IMG/VR virus record: IMGVR_UViG_3300048080_000657
Source: a virus
DNA: 64,000 nt
Strand: one strand, 5' to 3'
Shown: positions 1-9,900 of the stretch, in pieces
How positions within the stretch are numbered: the stretch's first letter is position 1
Layout of the letters: each line of letters opens with the position of its first letter
The notes under the pieces: generated by a model
What the model was told of the DNA's origin: nothing
Database searches by the model: none
What the model saw: only the letters and a program-made list of their open reading frames with translations
Translations under genes and position numbers: made by a program

Positions 1-162
1 ATTTTCTCGAATCCGTGATGAAAGCGCTCAGGGCTGGGCGGGCGCTGAGCGACAGACAGAAAGAGAAACTCGATGAGATGTGGGACAAGTATCTTGGCGA
101 GCGTGCGGACAAGGATGCGCCGCCACGCGATGAGGATGAAGACCTAGACGTGGATTAGAAAA

Positions 163-555
163 GTGAGCGCACCCAAAAAGTCGAACCCCGCGGCCTCCGA
201 TCGCGGCGCCTTCCCCATCCGGATAGAAATCCACATCGTCCACGGATGGGCTATAAGCACAACCGCAGCGAGGAAGGCCCTAGTGCCAGATGAGCCGGTT
301 CCTGGCTTCGGCGTCGTCCTGGTCGACAAGGGCAGGGTGGCTCTCGTGGGCGAGATCATTGCCTCGGTCTTCCTTGGACGGGACCCCGTGGAGATTCCGA
401 TGCGCGGACCGGACGATGAGAGAAGGGTTCTCGCTGCCGCCGCGAGGACCGGGATGGAGCGGCTCCTCAAGGATGCGGGACCGCCGAAGCTCCTGGCGGT
501 AGTAGACGCCGGCCCGCCGCCGTTCTTGGATGAGAAACTCTTGCCTCGATCGTAG
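163..555 (+). CDS. hypothetical protein
   Basis: 130-aa ORF, GTG start, same strand as all neighbours; no motif recognised. Confidence 0.45.
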   Translation: MSAPKKSNPAASDRGAFPIRIEIHIVHGWAISTTAARKALVPDEPVPGFGVVLVDKGRVALVGEIIASVFLGRDPVEIPMRGPDDERRVLAAAARTGMERLLKDAGPPKLLAVVDAGPPPFLDEKLLPRS

Positions 556-704
556 AAGAGACTATACTCGACCTACTCCCCCGGAGGTTTCGTTGATGTT
601 GAAATCGCAGTGGTGGTTGTATCTCGTCGGCTTCATCGTCTTTCCTTTCACGCTGCTTGCGGCAACCACGATCCCGATCTCGATCGGTTTCGGGATCGCC
701 CGCC

Positions 705-1049
705 ATGGCTAGGAGACCAAACCCCGTGGAAGAGAAACTTCCTTTGCAGCCCGGGGAGGCGGAAACAATCGCCACAGTCCACGGAAACGGCCACTCGAAG
801 TCGCCGTCTCTGGAAGAGACCGAGCAGATGATGCTTCAGGCTGCAGAAGAATGGGCGAGAGAGGCGGGACTCCAGCCTCCGCTCGATGTAATGAAACCCC
901 ATCGCGTCGAGTACCCGAGACAGGGGCATGGCTGGCAGGTGACCATCACCGAGAGGGAAGCGCGAAGGCGGATGGGCACGGCCGTCTTCGGATCGGATGG
1001 TCAGCGAAAAATGTGGACGATGGACACCGCTGGCGGAAGCTGTTGTTGA
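705..1049 (+). CDS. hypothetical protein
   Basis: ATG 705 in the 657..1049 frame; stop lies just before the next gene. Confidence 0.5.
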   Translation: MARRPNPVEEKLPLQPGEAETIATVHGNGHSKSPSLEETEQMMLQAAEEWAREAGLQPPLDVMKPHRVEYPRQGHGWQVTITEREARRRMGTAVFGSDGQRKMWTMDTAGGSCC

Positions 1050-1056
1050 GAAAACC

Positions 1057-3834
1057 ATGTCTAAGATCCTGCTCGGTTGTGCGGGGAAGAGGCCGGTTCA
1101 CATTGACCTGAAGACTCTTCTCACCACCCGAGGGCTTGTTCAGGCCTCCAGCGGCGGCGGCAAGAGCAGGACGCTTCGGCGCCTCGCCGAACAGTTGTTT
1201 GGAAAGGTCCAGACGTTCATCATCGACAAGGAGGGCGAGTTCCCCAGTCTGCGGGAGAAGTTTGGATACGTCCTTGTCGGGAAGGGCGGGGAGACGCCCA
1301 CGGACACGCGGTCGGCCGAACTCGTCTGCCACAAGCTCCTCCAACATGGCGCGTCCGCCGTATTTGATCTTTACGACCTGAAAGATCCAGACCGCCACCG
1401 ATGGGTGAGGCTGTTCCTCCACGCCCTCATGAACGCGCCGAAGAGCCTCTGGCGGCCGCTTGTCGTCATCGTGGATGAGGCGCACAGGTTCTGCATGGAT
1501 TCAGCGACGGACATTCTCACGCAGAAAGGCTGGAGGAAGTGGGATGAGGTCCATGCTGGCGACCTCATTGTTGCATACGATTTGACCAAGGAGACGTGCC
1601 TAGAAGAAGCAGTGCAACGGGTGATCATGCGGCCTTATGAAGGTGAAATGGTTGTGCTGCAAAGCGATGGAATTGATGCGTTGGTCACTCCAGATCATCG
1701 AGTAGTGTATAAAACGACCCAGAGAGGCATGGGTCGATATGGGAAAATGTATGGACCATTCCTCAGGGCGGCTTCGGAACTGCCGCAGTACATCCAAATA
1801 CCTATAAGCCCAGGGCTTTCTGGAAAAGGCATCGCAGATTTGACCTTAGAGCATTGCCATCTTCTCGGGTGGATTATTACGGATGGCAATTTCACCGGAG
1901 GAAACCGAAAGAAGTATATTTCTATAGAGCAATCGGTCGCCACCGTAAAGGGATCGGAGTCCACCGTCGCTGTACTCGATAGGCTGACAGACAAGTGTAA
2001 TGCTCTCAGTGTTTACGATCGTCAACCAAGGATCACTACTTCCAAAACGGGGAGAGCCATACGGCATAGCCAGACGCGCACTTATTACCTTGGACAGAAA
2101 CTCTCCGAAGAACTGCTCAGGTGGTTGGGCTCTGATATCCACCGCATTCCGAGACGGTTGTTAATCGAAGGGTCCCGTAAGCAACTCGAGGCTCTTCTTC
2201 AAGGCCTTCTCGAAGGGGATGGTACGCGCAGTAAACGTCAAGATCATGGTTGGAAAGGATGGATCACCTTTTATCCGGGCAATTCAGAAGCATTGGCGGA
2301 CGATTTCTTGGAACTGTGCGCTCGGTTTGGCATAAGTGCTTCTAAGGCATGGGTGCCCTCTATCAGGCAGTGGCATATTCATCTATCGCGAAGACGTTTT
2401 CATTATGTGAGGAAAACAGAGCGGAAGTTCTACAGTGGTATGACATGGGACGTCACCGTTCCTTCTGGCGCTTTTGTCGCACGTAGACACGGGAGAGTCT
2501 TCGTTACCGGGAACTGTCCGGAGAGGGGGCAGGGCGAAAGTGAAGCCTATGGGGCGATGATCGATCTCGCGACGGACGGGCGCAAAAGGGGGTTCGCCGC
2601 GGTCTACGCGACCCAGAGGCTCGGGAAGCTTTCAAAGAATGCGAGTGCCGAGCTCCTCAATCGTTTCGTCGGCCGGACCATCGAGGACATCGACGTCGAT
2701 AGGGCAGCCGATCTCCTCTCCGTTCGCCGTGCCGACCGGGTTGATTTCGAACACTGTCTCAAGACGCTCAAGCCCGGGCACTTCTGGTCCTTCGGCCAGG
2801 CGGTTTCTACAGAAAGGGTGCTCGTCTATGTCGGGCCGGTCGTGACGACGCATCCAGAGCCGGGCTCCCCCGCAGCCGCGGCCCTCCCGCCAACTCCACA
2901 GAAGGTGAAGGCGCTCCTCCCAAAGCTCGCGGATCTTCCGAAGCAAGCAGAAGAAAAGGCGAAGACCGAGGCCGAGCTCAGAGCCGAGATTTGTACACTC
3001 AAGGCACAGGTTGTCGCGCAGGGAAGGGAACGGGCGACCGCCGCGACCCCGAGGCCGGAGACAAAGAGGATCGAGATTCCGGTGGTCTCCGACGGGCAGA
3101 TTCGTCGCCTGGAACAGGCGCTGAAAAGAGCCGACGAGATCTCTGCGCGTGCCCTACAGGCGATAGGCAAGTTGACGCTTGAGGATTCCGCCAAGACGAT
3201 CCGGGCCGCGATCACCGAGGCGAGGTCGCTCGGGGCGGGGCGACCGGCGTCGACAGGCCCGTCAAGAGCGCTGACTCCGGCCCCGCGGCCGCCGATGAAA
3301 GCCGCAGCGCGTCCGATCCCGGTCGCGCCGGGCAACGGCAACGGACAGGATCTCATCGCCGGCGAGCGCAGGATGATCGAGATCCTCGCGCAGTTCTATC
3401 CCGGCACGCGGACTCGGTCGCAGCTCGGCGCGCTCGCCGGATACACCCCGAGTGGTGGCACGTTCGGGAATTACTTCGGACGCCTCAAACGTCTCGGCTA
3501 CATCCGCGAAAATGCGGACGGCTCTGTCTCCCTCAGCGTTGAGGGCCTAGACCTCTTCGGCGGACACCCGCCTACTGGCCCGAGGACATCTAGGGAGCTC
3601 ATCGATATGTGGCGTTCGAAGCTCCTCTCCGGCGAACGCAAGATGCTGGACGTCCTGGTGGAAACGTATCCGGACCCGATGACGCGCGAGGAGCTTGGCG
3701 AACACACCGGCTTCACGGCAACAGGAGGGACGTTCGGGAACTATCTCGGCACACTGCGCAGGAACGCGCTTGTGATTGTGGAGGGTGAGAATGTCAAAGC
3801 CGCAGACACGCTGTTCGAGCTCCAGAAAGTCTGA
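1057..3834 (+). CDS. HerA/FtsK-like (DUF87-type) ATPase with intein and two C-terminal winged-helix repeats
   Basis: Walker A (QASSGGGKS), Walker B (VVIVDEAH), DGRKRG..ATQR motif; duplicated GER(R/K)M....GGTFGNY units near the C-terminus. Confidence 0.85.
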   Translation: MSKILLGCAGKRPVHIDLKTLLTTRGLVQASSGGGKSRTLRRLAEQLFGKVQTFIIDKEGEFPSLREKFGYVLVGKGGETPTDTRSAELVCHKLLQHGASAVFDLYDLKDPDRHRWVRLFLHALMNAPKSLWRPLVVIVDEAHRFCMDSATDILTQKGWRKWDEVHAGDLIVAYDLTKETCLEEAVQRVIMRPYEGEMVVLQSDGIDALVTPDHRVVYKTTQRGMGRYGKMYGPFLRAASELPQYIQIPISPGLSGKGIADLTLEHCHLLGWIITDGNFTGGNRKKYISIEQSVATVKGSESTVAVLDRLTDKCNALSVYDRQPRITTSKTGRAIRHSQTRTYYLGQKLSEELLRWLGSDIHRIPRRLLIEGSRKQLEALLQGLLEGDGTRSKRQDHGWKGWITFYPGNSEALADDFLELCARFGISASKAWVPSIRQWHIHLSRRRFHYVRKTERKFYSGMTWDVTVPSGAFVARRHGRVFVTGNCPERGQGESEAYGAMIDLATDGRKRGFAAVYATQRLGKLSKNASAELLNRFVGRTIEDIDVDRAADLLSVRRADRVDFEHCLKTLKPGHFWSFGQAVSTERVLVYVGPVVTTHPEPGSPAAAALPPTPQKVKALLPKLADLPKQAEEKAKTEAELRAEICTLKAQVVAQGRERATAATPRPETKRIEIPVVSDGQIRRLEQALKRADEISARALQAIGKLTLEDSAKTIRAAITEARSLGAGRPASTGPSRALTPAPRPPMKAAARPIPVAPGNGNGQDLIAGERRMIEILAQFYPGTRTRSQLGALAGYTPSGGTFGNYFGRLKRLGYIRENADGSVSLSVEGLDLFGGHPPTGPRTSRELIDMWRSKLLSGERKMLDVLVETYPDPMTREELGEHTGFTATGGTFGNYLGTLRRNALVIVEGENVKAADTLFELQKV
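1492..2514 (+). mobile_element. intein with LAGLIDADG homing endonuclease (341 aa)
   Basis: Begins Cys (CMDSATDILT) just after Walker B, ends VTGN followed by Cys+1; LLGWIITDG and LLQGLLEGDG motifs; visibly more AT-rich than the flanks. Confidence 0.9.
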
Positions 3835-3870
3835 TCGGAGTATGGACCTGGCCTTGGAGAGAGGGTAGAA

Positions 3871-4659
3871 GTGGGGAAGGGCACGAGGATAAGCTGGGCC
3901 ACAGATTCGCTGTCAACCCACTGGGGATGCACTGAAGTTTCGCAGTCGCCTGCATGCGAACATTGCTACGCCCGCGAGTTCTCGAAGCGGCTTGGCTATG
4001 ATCTATGGGGCAACGACAAGCCAAGGCGCTTCTTCGGGGACGAGCACTGGAACGAGCCGAGGAAGTGGAACGCCATCGCGGAGCGCACCGGCCAGCGCAG
4101 GCGCATCTTCGTCAACTCGATGTCCGACACGTTCGAGGGACGCCGTGATCTCGACCCGGTGCGTGAGAGGCTCTGGAGGCTCATCCCGGAGACCCCGTAC
4201 TGTGACTACCTTTTGCTCACAAAGCGGCCGCAGAACATCCTTCGGATGGTACCGTCTGGGTGGCTCGACCGCTGGCCGGAGAACGTGTGGGCCGGGACCA
4301 CGGCAGAGACCCAGCGTTGGGCCGACATCCGCTTGCCTTTCATGGAGAAAGTGCCTGCGCCGGTGATCTTCGTGTCTGCCGAGCCGCTCCTGGAGCAGCT
4401 GGATCTCCGGCCGTACCTGCACTTCGTGAGATGGTGCCTTATAGGCGGAGAATCGGGCCACGGAGCGAGGCTGATGGAGAAGGCGTGGGCGCTTGACCTC
4501 ATCGCACAGTGTCGAGAGGCGAAAGTCGCGGCGCACTTCAAGCAAAAGGGCGCCGTGTTGGCACGGGAGATGGGCTGCAAGGACAAAGCCGGGAAAGACC
4601 CGAGCGAGTGGTCAGAGGATCTGCGGACCCAACAATTCCCTGAAGCGGCTATTGCATGA
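3871..4659 (+). CDS. DUF5131 (phage Gp37/Gp68) family protein
   Basis: TRISWATD..WGCTEVS..CEHCYA, IFVNSMSD, LLTKRP, FVSAEPLL, IGGESG motifs. Confidence 0.88.
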   Translation: MGKGTRISWATDSLSTHWGCTEVSQSPACEHCYAREFSKRLGYDLWGNDKPRRFFGDEHWNEPRKWNAIAERTGQRRRIFVNSMSDTFEGRRDLDPVRERLWRLIPETPYCDYLLLTKRPQNILRMVPSGWLDRWPENVWAGTTAETQRWADIRLPFMEKVPAPVIFVSAEPLLEQLDLRPYLHFVRWCLIGGESGHGARLMEKAWALDLIAQCREAKVAAHFKQKGAVLAREMGCKDKAGKDPSEWSEDLRTQQFPEAAIA

Positions 4660-5019
4660 GCTTTGTCTGCCAAAGGTGCCACGACGCGACATGCGTCCGC
4701 GAACACTCGACCACGCTGAGCGGCCGTTGCCACTGCTGCGGCAGGGGGGCTGAGTGTATCGACTGTCCAAGCCTGCCCGATCCGGTCCGCAGGGGGCGGG
4801 AGCTTCAACTTCAGCGGTACAGGAACACGACGCGTGTCGAGTACCCGTCGAGAAGGGCCGAAGCCTGATGAAAAATAAAAGGAGCCAGGCTACCGCATCA
4901 AGGAGAGGCAGCCTGGCCCTGGAGAGAGGGCAATTCCATTCCCACTGTCAGGATGATACGATGGGGGTGGCGCTGACACAATAGCGGTCTTATGGGTGGA
5001 GAGAGAACTCGGAGACAGA

Positions 5020-5625
5020 ATGGCGGAACTCTACATCGATCTTGAAACGACCGGGCTACCTCCCTACAATGCGCACGTTGTAGAGGTCGCCGCAGTGGCG
5101 ATCGGCGAAGGGGGGACGGAGATCGGCCATTTCGCGACGTTCGTGAACCCGGGCTCGGCCGCGCTTCTCGGCGCGGATCCCAAGGCCATGGCGGTCCATG
5201 GGATTCCTGTCCCGGACATCGAATCTGCGCCACCCACGGAGCAGGTCGCACGCGATTTGGCAGCCTTTCTCGAGACCCACGCTGGCACACGGCTCCATGC
5301 CTTCAACAACCAGTTCGAGGCCGGGATCCTGACGTGCCCGCCATGGGCGGTCGAGCCGGCCCGCTGGGGAGAGTGCGTGATGCTCGCGGCCATGCGCGTG
5401 ATAGGCGCTGCGGGGGCGCTCCGGAGGCGGACCACCGGCGACCTCAAGTGGCCCACGCTCGACGAGGCGGCCTCCTTTTTCGGCGTGCCGCGGATGGTGC
5501 GTCACCGGGCCCTCGACGACGCGCGGACCACGGCGCGCGTGCATCGTGCGCTTCTCCTTCGTGATGAAAAAGAGGAGGAATCGTTGTCGGACGAGGTGAG
5601 GCTCCTGATGGAGGACGGCCTGTGA
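5020..5625 (+). CDS. DEDDh 3'-5' exonuclease (DnaQ-like)
   Basis: IDLETTG (ExoI), AFNNQFE (ExoII), HRALDDA (ExoIII). Confidence 0.88.
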   Translation: MAELYIDLETTGLPPYNAHVVEVAAVAIGEGGTEIGHFATFVNPGSAALLGADPKAMAVHGIPVPDIESAPPTEQVARDLAAFLETHAGTRLHAFNNQFEAGILTCPPWAVEPARWGECVMLAAMRVIGAAGALRRRTTGDLKWPTLDEAASFFGVPRMVRHRALDDARTTARVHRALLLRDEKEEESLSDEVRLLMEDGL

Positions 5626-6119
5626 TGCCGCCCGGAGATTCCCCGTTCACGCCCCCTGAGAACCTGGAGGCGGCGAAGAAGGGCTGCGGCGGGTGTGGCG
5701 GTCCGGTGCGCATCCCCCCGGCGGGAGACCCCTTTTCGGACGGTCCGCAGAAGGGGCGCTATCGCTGCGCGGAATGCTGGACGCTCTGGTGGAACGAGCA
5801 TCCCGGGGATCTCGTCGACGAAGAGACGAGGGAGTACGTCGCTGCGGAGGCCTCGAAGATCCGCATTCGCCGGGCCCACGAGGCGCGCATCAAGGAGCGC
5901 CATGGACTGACGCTCGGCCAGGCGGAGATCCTCTTCGAGGACGGAGAGAGCCGCGTCTTCCTGACGGAGCGCGGGACGCTCCTCTTCAGCATCGACTGTC
6001 CCGAGCACTTCTCGCCAGACGAGTTCGACCCGGACCGGTTGCGCACGCTCGTTCGCGCGCTCTCGGTCGTGCACCAGAAGTTCCCGGACTTCGGTCTTGC
6101 CCGCGTTGGTGCGGAATGA
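5622..6119 (+). CDS. hypothetical protein with two CxxC pairs
   Basis: CGGC and CAEC; stop/start overlap with the previous gene. Confidence 0.6.
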   Translation: MMPPGDSPFTPPENLEAAKKGCGGCGGPVRIPPAGDPFSDGPQKGRYRCAECWTLWWNEHPGDLVDEETREYVAAEASKIRIRRAHEARIKERHGLTLGQAEILFEDGESRVFLTERGTLLFSIDCPEHFSPDEFDPDRLRTLVRALSVVHQKFPDFGLARVGAE

Positions 6120-6340
6120 CGACGGCCGACAGGGATGCCGTCGATCTCAAGGGCGACCTGGTATGGCTCGTCCACTCCGGATTCTCCGTGGCGGTGAGAA
6201 CTGTCCCGCCCGGGAGGGCTTTCCATGTCCGCGCCGTGAGGGAGGAGCGTCCGCTCGAGGCGGATGATGAGAAGATCGAGGCGGCGGTTGCAAAGGTGCG
6301 CCGCGCTGCAGAGCGACGGATGAGCGAGGGGCTTGCCTGA
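6116..6340 (+). CDS. hypothetical protein
   Basis: ATGA overlap with the upstream stop. Confidence 0.55.
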   Translation: MTTADRDAVDLKGDLVWLVHSGFSVAVRTVPPGRAFHVRAVREERPLEADDEKIEAAVAKVRRAAERRMSEGLA

Positions 6341-6342
6341 GC

Positions 6343-6371
6343 TTGACCTCGCGTGGTACACCTGGTATACT
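6343..6371 (+). promoter_or_regulatory. sigma70-type promoter with operator-like box
   Basis: TTGACC-17-TATACT; GTACAC-CTGG-TATAC overlaps the -10. Confidence 0.8.
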
Positions 6372-6636
6372 TCGGTATGCGCAGCCGGGTCGTATCCAAG
6401 ACGCGGTGCTCTTCTTCCGAGAGAAGGTATAATCTCCGTATGGCGAAGCTGCCGAACTACAAGGGCTCGCTCCGTGCAGCACCCTGGGCGGAGATCCGGC
6501 TCACCGAGGAGAACAGGGAGTCGCTCCGGCGGGCGGCCGCGAGAGGCTGCGTGATTTGTGGCGCTGCCGGTTACCTGGGGAGCGGCCTCAAGGTCCAGGT
6601 CTGTGCCTGTGTGAACCGGAGGACCGAGGAGGCCTC

Positions 6637-6909
6637 ATGAAGGAGTTCTTCAGCATCCTCGCCGGCGCCGCTCTTGGCGCAGGCCTGTATTCGCTCGCGA
6701 AGCAGCGCCCTCTGGCGGAGGGGAACATCCTGCGCATGGGAGGCCTGCTCATGTTAGGCGATACCGTGGGCGAGTTGGCGTCTTGGGCCACCAAGGCGAT
6801 GAAGGAGGCCGAGGCGGCGGCGCTGCCCGGCCCGAAAGAGTGGAGCCCTAGAACCGGTAGGTGCCGGTGCAGCCACGCGAGGGCGTACTCCGGCGTCACC
6901 TTTCGGTAA
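6637..6909 (+). CDS. small membrane protein
   Basis: Hydrophobic N-terminus FFSILAGAALGAGLYSL. Confidence 0.55.
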   Translation: MKEFFSILAGAALGAGLYSLAKQRPLAEGNILRMGGLLMLGDTVGELASWATKAMKEAEAAALPGPKEWSPRTGRCRCSHARAYSGVTFR

Positions 6910-6912
6910 CGG

Positions 6913-7018
6913 TGTCACCGCATTGTGGCAGGAGTCCTTCATGGAGACAGCCTGAATCCGTGATTCCGTCGCAGAAACCGTGACCGGGGAGTGTCACCGC
7001 ATTGGCCTTGGAATTGCA
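6913..7018 (+). promoter_or_regulatory. sigma54-like -24/-12 promoter with paired TGTCACCGCATT boxes
   Basis: TGGC-N7-TTGCA at 7003-7018; 12-bp boxes at 6913 and 6992 (79 bp apart). Confidence 0.65.
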
Positions 7019-7054
7019 TGTACCTCTAGGGTCATCTGACCTAAGGAGGATAAT

Positions 7055-7375
7055 ATGAGTGGACGCATCGCCATCAACGTCTGCGACATGACGTACTTCA
7101 CGGACCCGAAGATGCCGATCCAGCCGGCGGCTCTTCTTCTCCAGGACTTCATCACGAAGGACAGCCCCACGGTGAACATCAACACCATGCTGGATTCGGG
7201 CGCCGTGATCCTCGACGGCCCTGCCTCGCAGGACGAGAAGCGGGTGAATGCCCTCGTCGAGCTCCTCCAGACCGTCCTCGGCCCGAAGAAGATCGGTCGG
7301 CGGGTGCGGTGCTACCAGGAAGGGCCGCGGGGTGGTTGGTCTGAGATCAGCGTCCGTTCAAAGGCGACGGTCTGA
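7055..7375 (+). CDS. hypothetical protein
   Basis: Strong SD AAGGAGG upstream of the ATG. Confidence 0.7.
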   Translation: MSGRIAINVCDMTYFTDPKMPIQPAALLLQDFITKDSPTVNINTMLDSGAVILDGPASQDEKRVNALVELLQTVLGPKKIGRRVRCYQEGPRGGWSEISVRSKATV

Positions 7376-7386
7376 AGGAGGGGTCG

Positions 7387-8322
7387 ATGAACGATAAGAA
7401 GAGGCCGCTCGTGGTCAGCTACGGGATGGGCGTTGACTCGACGGCCATGCTCGTGGGCTTGGCCCAGCGCGGGATCAGGCCCGACCTCATCCTCTTTGCC
7501 GACACGGGCGGAGAGAAGGTACAGACCTACCAGTACCTGGAGACGATGAACGCGTGGCTTCGCGCGCACGGGATGCCGGAGGTCACCGTGCTCCAGTACG
7601 CCGCCCGCGACTTCAAGAACTGGCCCGCCTATCACACGCTCGAGGAGAACTGCCTGACGAATGGGACGCTTCCGAGCGAGGCGTTCGGGTTCGGATCCTG
7701 CTCGATGAAGTGGAAGCAGCAGCCCCAGAACAAGTTCATGAAGACGTGGGCCCCTGCGGTCGAGGCTTGGAAGGCCGGGCTCAAGGTCAGGAAGGCCATC
7801 GGCTACGACGCCTCCCCGGCCGACCAGAAGCGCCGCTGCTCCGCCGACAAGATCACGTTCAAGGTGAACGCGGCGGACGCCAAGCGCTACGACTTCTGGT
7901 ATCCGCTCCAGGAGTGGGGCTGGACCAGACTCGACTGCGTCCGTGAGATCGCGCAGGCCGGGCTCCCGGTGCCGGTGAAGAGTGCGTGCTTCTACTGCCC
8001 GAACATGACCAAGCAGGAGGTCCGCGAGCTGCCTGCGAATCAACTCCAGCGGATCGTGGTCATGGAGGCCCGAGCTCTGCCGCGCCTGACCAAGATCGAG
8101 GGGCTGTGGCGGAACGGCTGCAAGGGGACGCGAGGCGGCGATCCGAAGCCGGGCCGCATGACGACCTTCATCCGCGACGAGCAGCTCCTCCCGGCGGAGG
8201 AGATCGCGCGGCTCGAGGCCGTGGTTCCGAAGGAGATCGTCCTCAGGAACGAGGTGAAGGCCTCTGGCCAGGAAGTCCCGACGTGGAGTGAGTTCTTCGA
8301 TATGGTCGGGATCAAGGCATAG
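7387..8322 (+). CDS. PAPS-reductase-like (PP-loop) protein
   Basis: VVSYGMGVDSTAML PP-loop variant; KSACFYCP. Confidence 0.8.
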   Translation: MNDKKRPLVVSYGMGVDSTAMLVGLAQRGIRPDLILFADTGGEKVQTYQYLETMNAWLRAHGMPEVTVLQYAARDFKNWPAYHTLEENCLTNGTLPSEAFGFGSCSMKWKQQPQNKFMKTWAPAVEAWKAGLKVRKAIGYDASPADQKRRCSADKITFKVNAADAKRYDFWYPLQEWGWTRLDCVREIAQAGLPVPVKSACFYCPNMTKQEVRELPANQLQRIVVMEARALPRLTKIEGLWRNGCKGTRGGDPKPGRMTTFIRDEQLLPAEEIARLEAVVPKEIVLRNEVKASGQEVPTWSEFFDMVGIKA

Positions 8323-8363
8323 GACGAGACGAAATAGTCACGAAAGACTCGAAAGGTGACACG

Positions 8364-9146
8364 ATGAACCTGAACGACTACGACCTGATCTTGGTGAACA
8401 CGAGCGGAGGCAAAGACTCCTCCGTAGCGGCGTTCGTCGTCACCCGCATGGCCGAGGAGTGGGACGTCAAGAGCCGCATCGTCCTAGTCCACGCCACCTT
8501 CGCCGAGGAATGGGCTGGGACCGTAGACCTCGTTCGGAAGCAGGCCGAGCAACTTGCGCTCCCGCTCGTTGTCGTGGAGCGCGGCGAAGACCTCCTCAAA
8601 TACGTGGAGCGCCGTGGGATGTGGCCCTCCTCCCAGCAAAGGTACTGCACAAGCGACTTCAAGCGGGCGCCCATCGACAAGGTCATCACGGCCCGAGCGC
8701 CCGGACTCGACAAGCCCGCAAAGGTTCTCAACGTCATGGGAATACGCGCCGATGAATCGCCCGCCAGGGCGAAGCGCCAGGCTTTCAAGCATGACGAGCG
8801 CCGCACGAACGGCCGCCGCATCGTGGACGAGTGGCTCCCCATCTTCAGCATGACTCTGGAGCGCGTGTGGGCCATCATCAAGGCGAACGGCATCCCGGTT
8901 CATCCGGCCTACGCCCTAGGAATGCCGCGCCTCTCGTGTGTCTTCTGCATCTTCGCCCCGAAGGCTGCGCTCGTCTTGGCTGGCAAGCACAACCCTGAAC
9001 TCCTCCGGCGGTACGCCGAGGTCGAGAAGAAGATCGGCCATCAGTTTCGCGGCGAGCCCGGAAAGAAGGGCGGCCTGTCGATGGCCGAGGTGTTAGATGC
9101 CGTAGAAGCTGGGGCATCCGGACCTGTTCCAGACTGGAAAATGTGA
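8364..9146 (+). CDS. phosphoadenosine-phosphosulfate reductase family protein
   Basis: NTSGGKDS, RYCTSDFK, GIRADES..R, RLSCVFCI. Confidence 0.88.
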   Translation: MNLNDYDLILVNTSGGKDSSVAAFVVTRMAEEWDVKSRIVLVHATFAEEWAGTVDLVRKQAEQLALPLVVVERGEDLLKYVERRGMWPSSQQRYCTSDFKRAPIDKVITARAPGLDKPAKVLNVMGIRADESPARAKRQAFKHDERRTNGRRIVDEWLPIFSMTLERVWAIIKANGIPVHPAYALGMPRLSCVFCIFAPKAALVLAGKHNPELLRRYAEVEKKIGHQFRGEPGKKGGLSMAEVLDAVEAGASGPVPDWKM

Positions 9147-9361
9147 ATCACGAACGGAGGACTCGATGAGTCACAAAAGGATGCAGTGCCTGAGATGCTG
9201 GTCCCCTTGCGCTGATAACATGGCGCACTGCCTCAGGTGTCAGTTGGAGCGGGCGAGGCATGATCGTGCGCAAGAGATCGCTGACCGTCTCACAGATGCT
9301 CGGCTGCGCAGGCTCGCGATGGCAACGCGCAGCGAAGAGCCCCTCGTATAGCGGAGGACAC

Positions 9362-9619
9362 ATGACGGACTCAAGGAAGAAGGCGGCGACCAAGCGGGTA
9401 CGCAGCGCAGAGCACTGTCTCTACCAGGCTGAGGAACTGCTGGAGAAGGCGCAGGCCCATCTCAGCGCAATCCTCATCGGCCTGAACCAGAACTACGCCA
9501 AGATCGGCAAGCTCCGGGAACACGTGAGGGTACAGATGTACGACCTGGAGCGTTGCCGGGAGACCGGCCTGTGTGAGATGGACGAGACGCTCCCGTTGAA
9601 GTCAGGAGCATCGCGATGA
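9362..9619 (+). CDS. hypothetical coiled-coil protein
   Basis: SD GGAGG before ATG 9362. Confidence 0.55.
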   Translation: MTDSRKKAATKRVRSAEHCLYQAEELLEKAQAHLSAILIGLNQNYAKIGKLREHVRVQMYDLERCRETGLCEMDETLPLKSGASR

Positions 9620-9900
9620 TGTGGCCGTTCAGCATTCTTGTTCTGGGCCGCCGCTACCTGACGCGCATCGGCGTGGCGGGCTTGCGCACAGCGATGGGCA
9701 TGGCACCGATGAGGCGGCCGGAGCCCGGGGAGACCATGGATGAATACAAGGCCTACATGAGCCTCGTCCGCAGAGAGACGCTCCAGGCGGCGCCGCCGGA
9801 CCTAGCGGCGAGCTTCCTCGATGGCCGTCCGTCCGGCCCGAAGGAATGGAGTCCCCGCGGGCACCGAAAACAAGATCAATGCGATGACACCCGACGGTAA
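9616..9900 (+). CDS. hypothetical protein
   Basis: Overlapping start; C-terminal GPKEWSPR is shared with the 6637..6909 product. Confidence 0.5.
   Translation: MMWPFSILVLGRRYLTRIGVAGLRTAMGMAPMRRPEPGETMDEYKAYMSLVRRETLQAAPPDLAASFLDGRPSGPKEWSPRGHRKQDQCDDTRR

Noticed and set aside
6896-6917. Possible minus-strand copy of the junction site (TGAC-ACCG-TTACCG-AAAG-GTGA)
   Set aside because: Single case with a poor left arm; about one AAAGGTGA 8-mer is expected by chance per strand in 64 kb.
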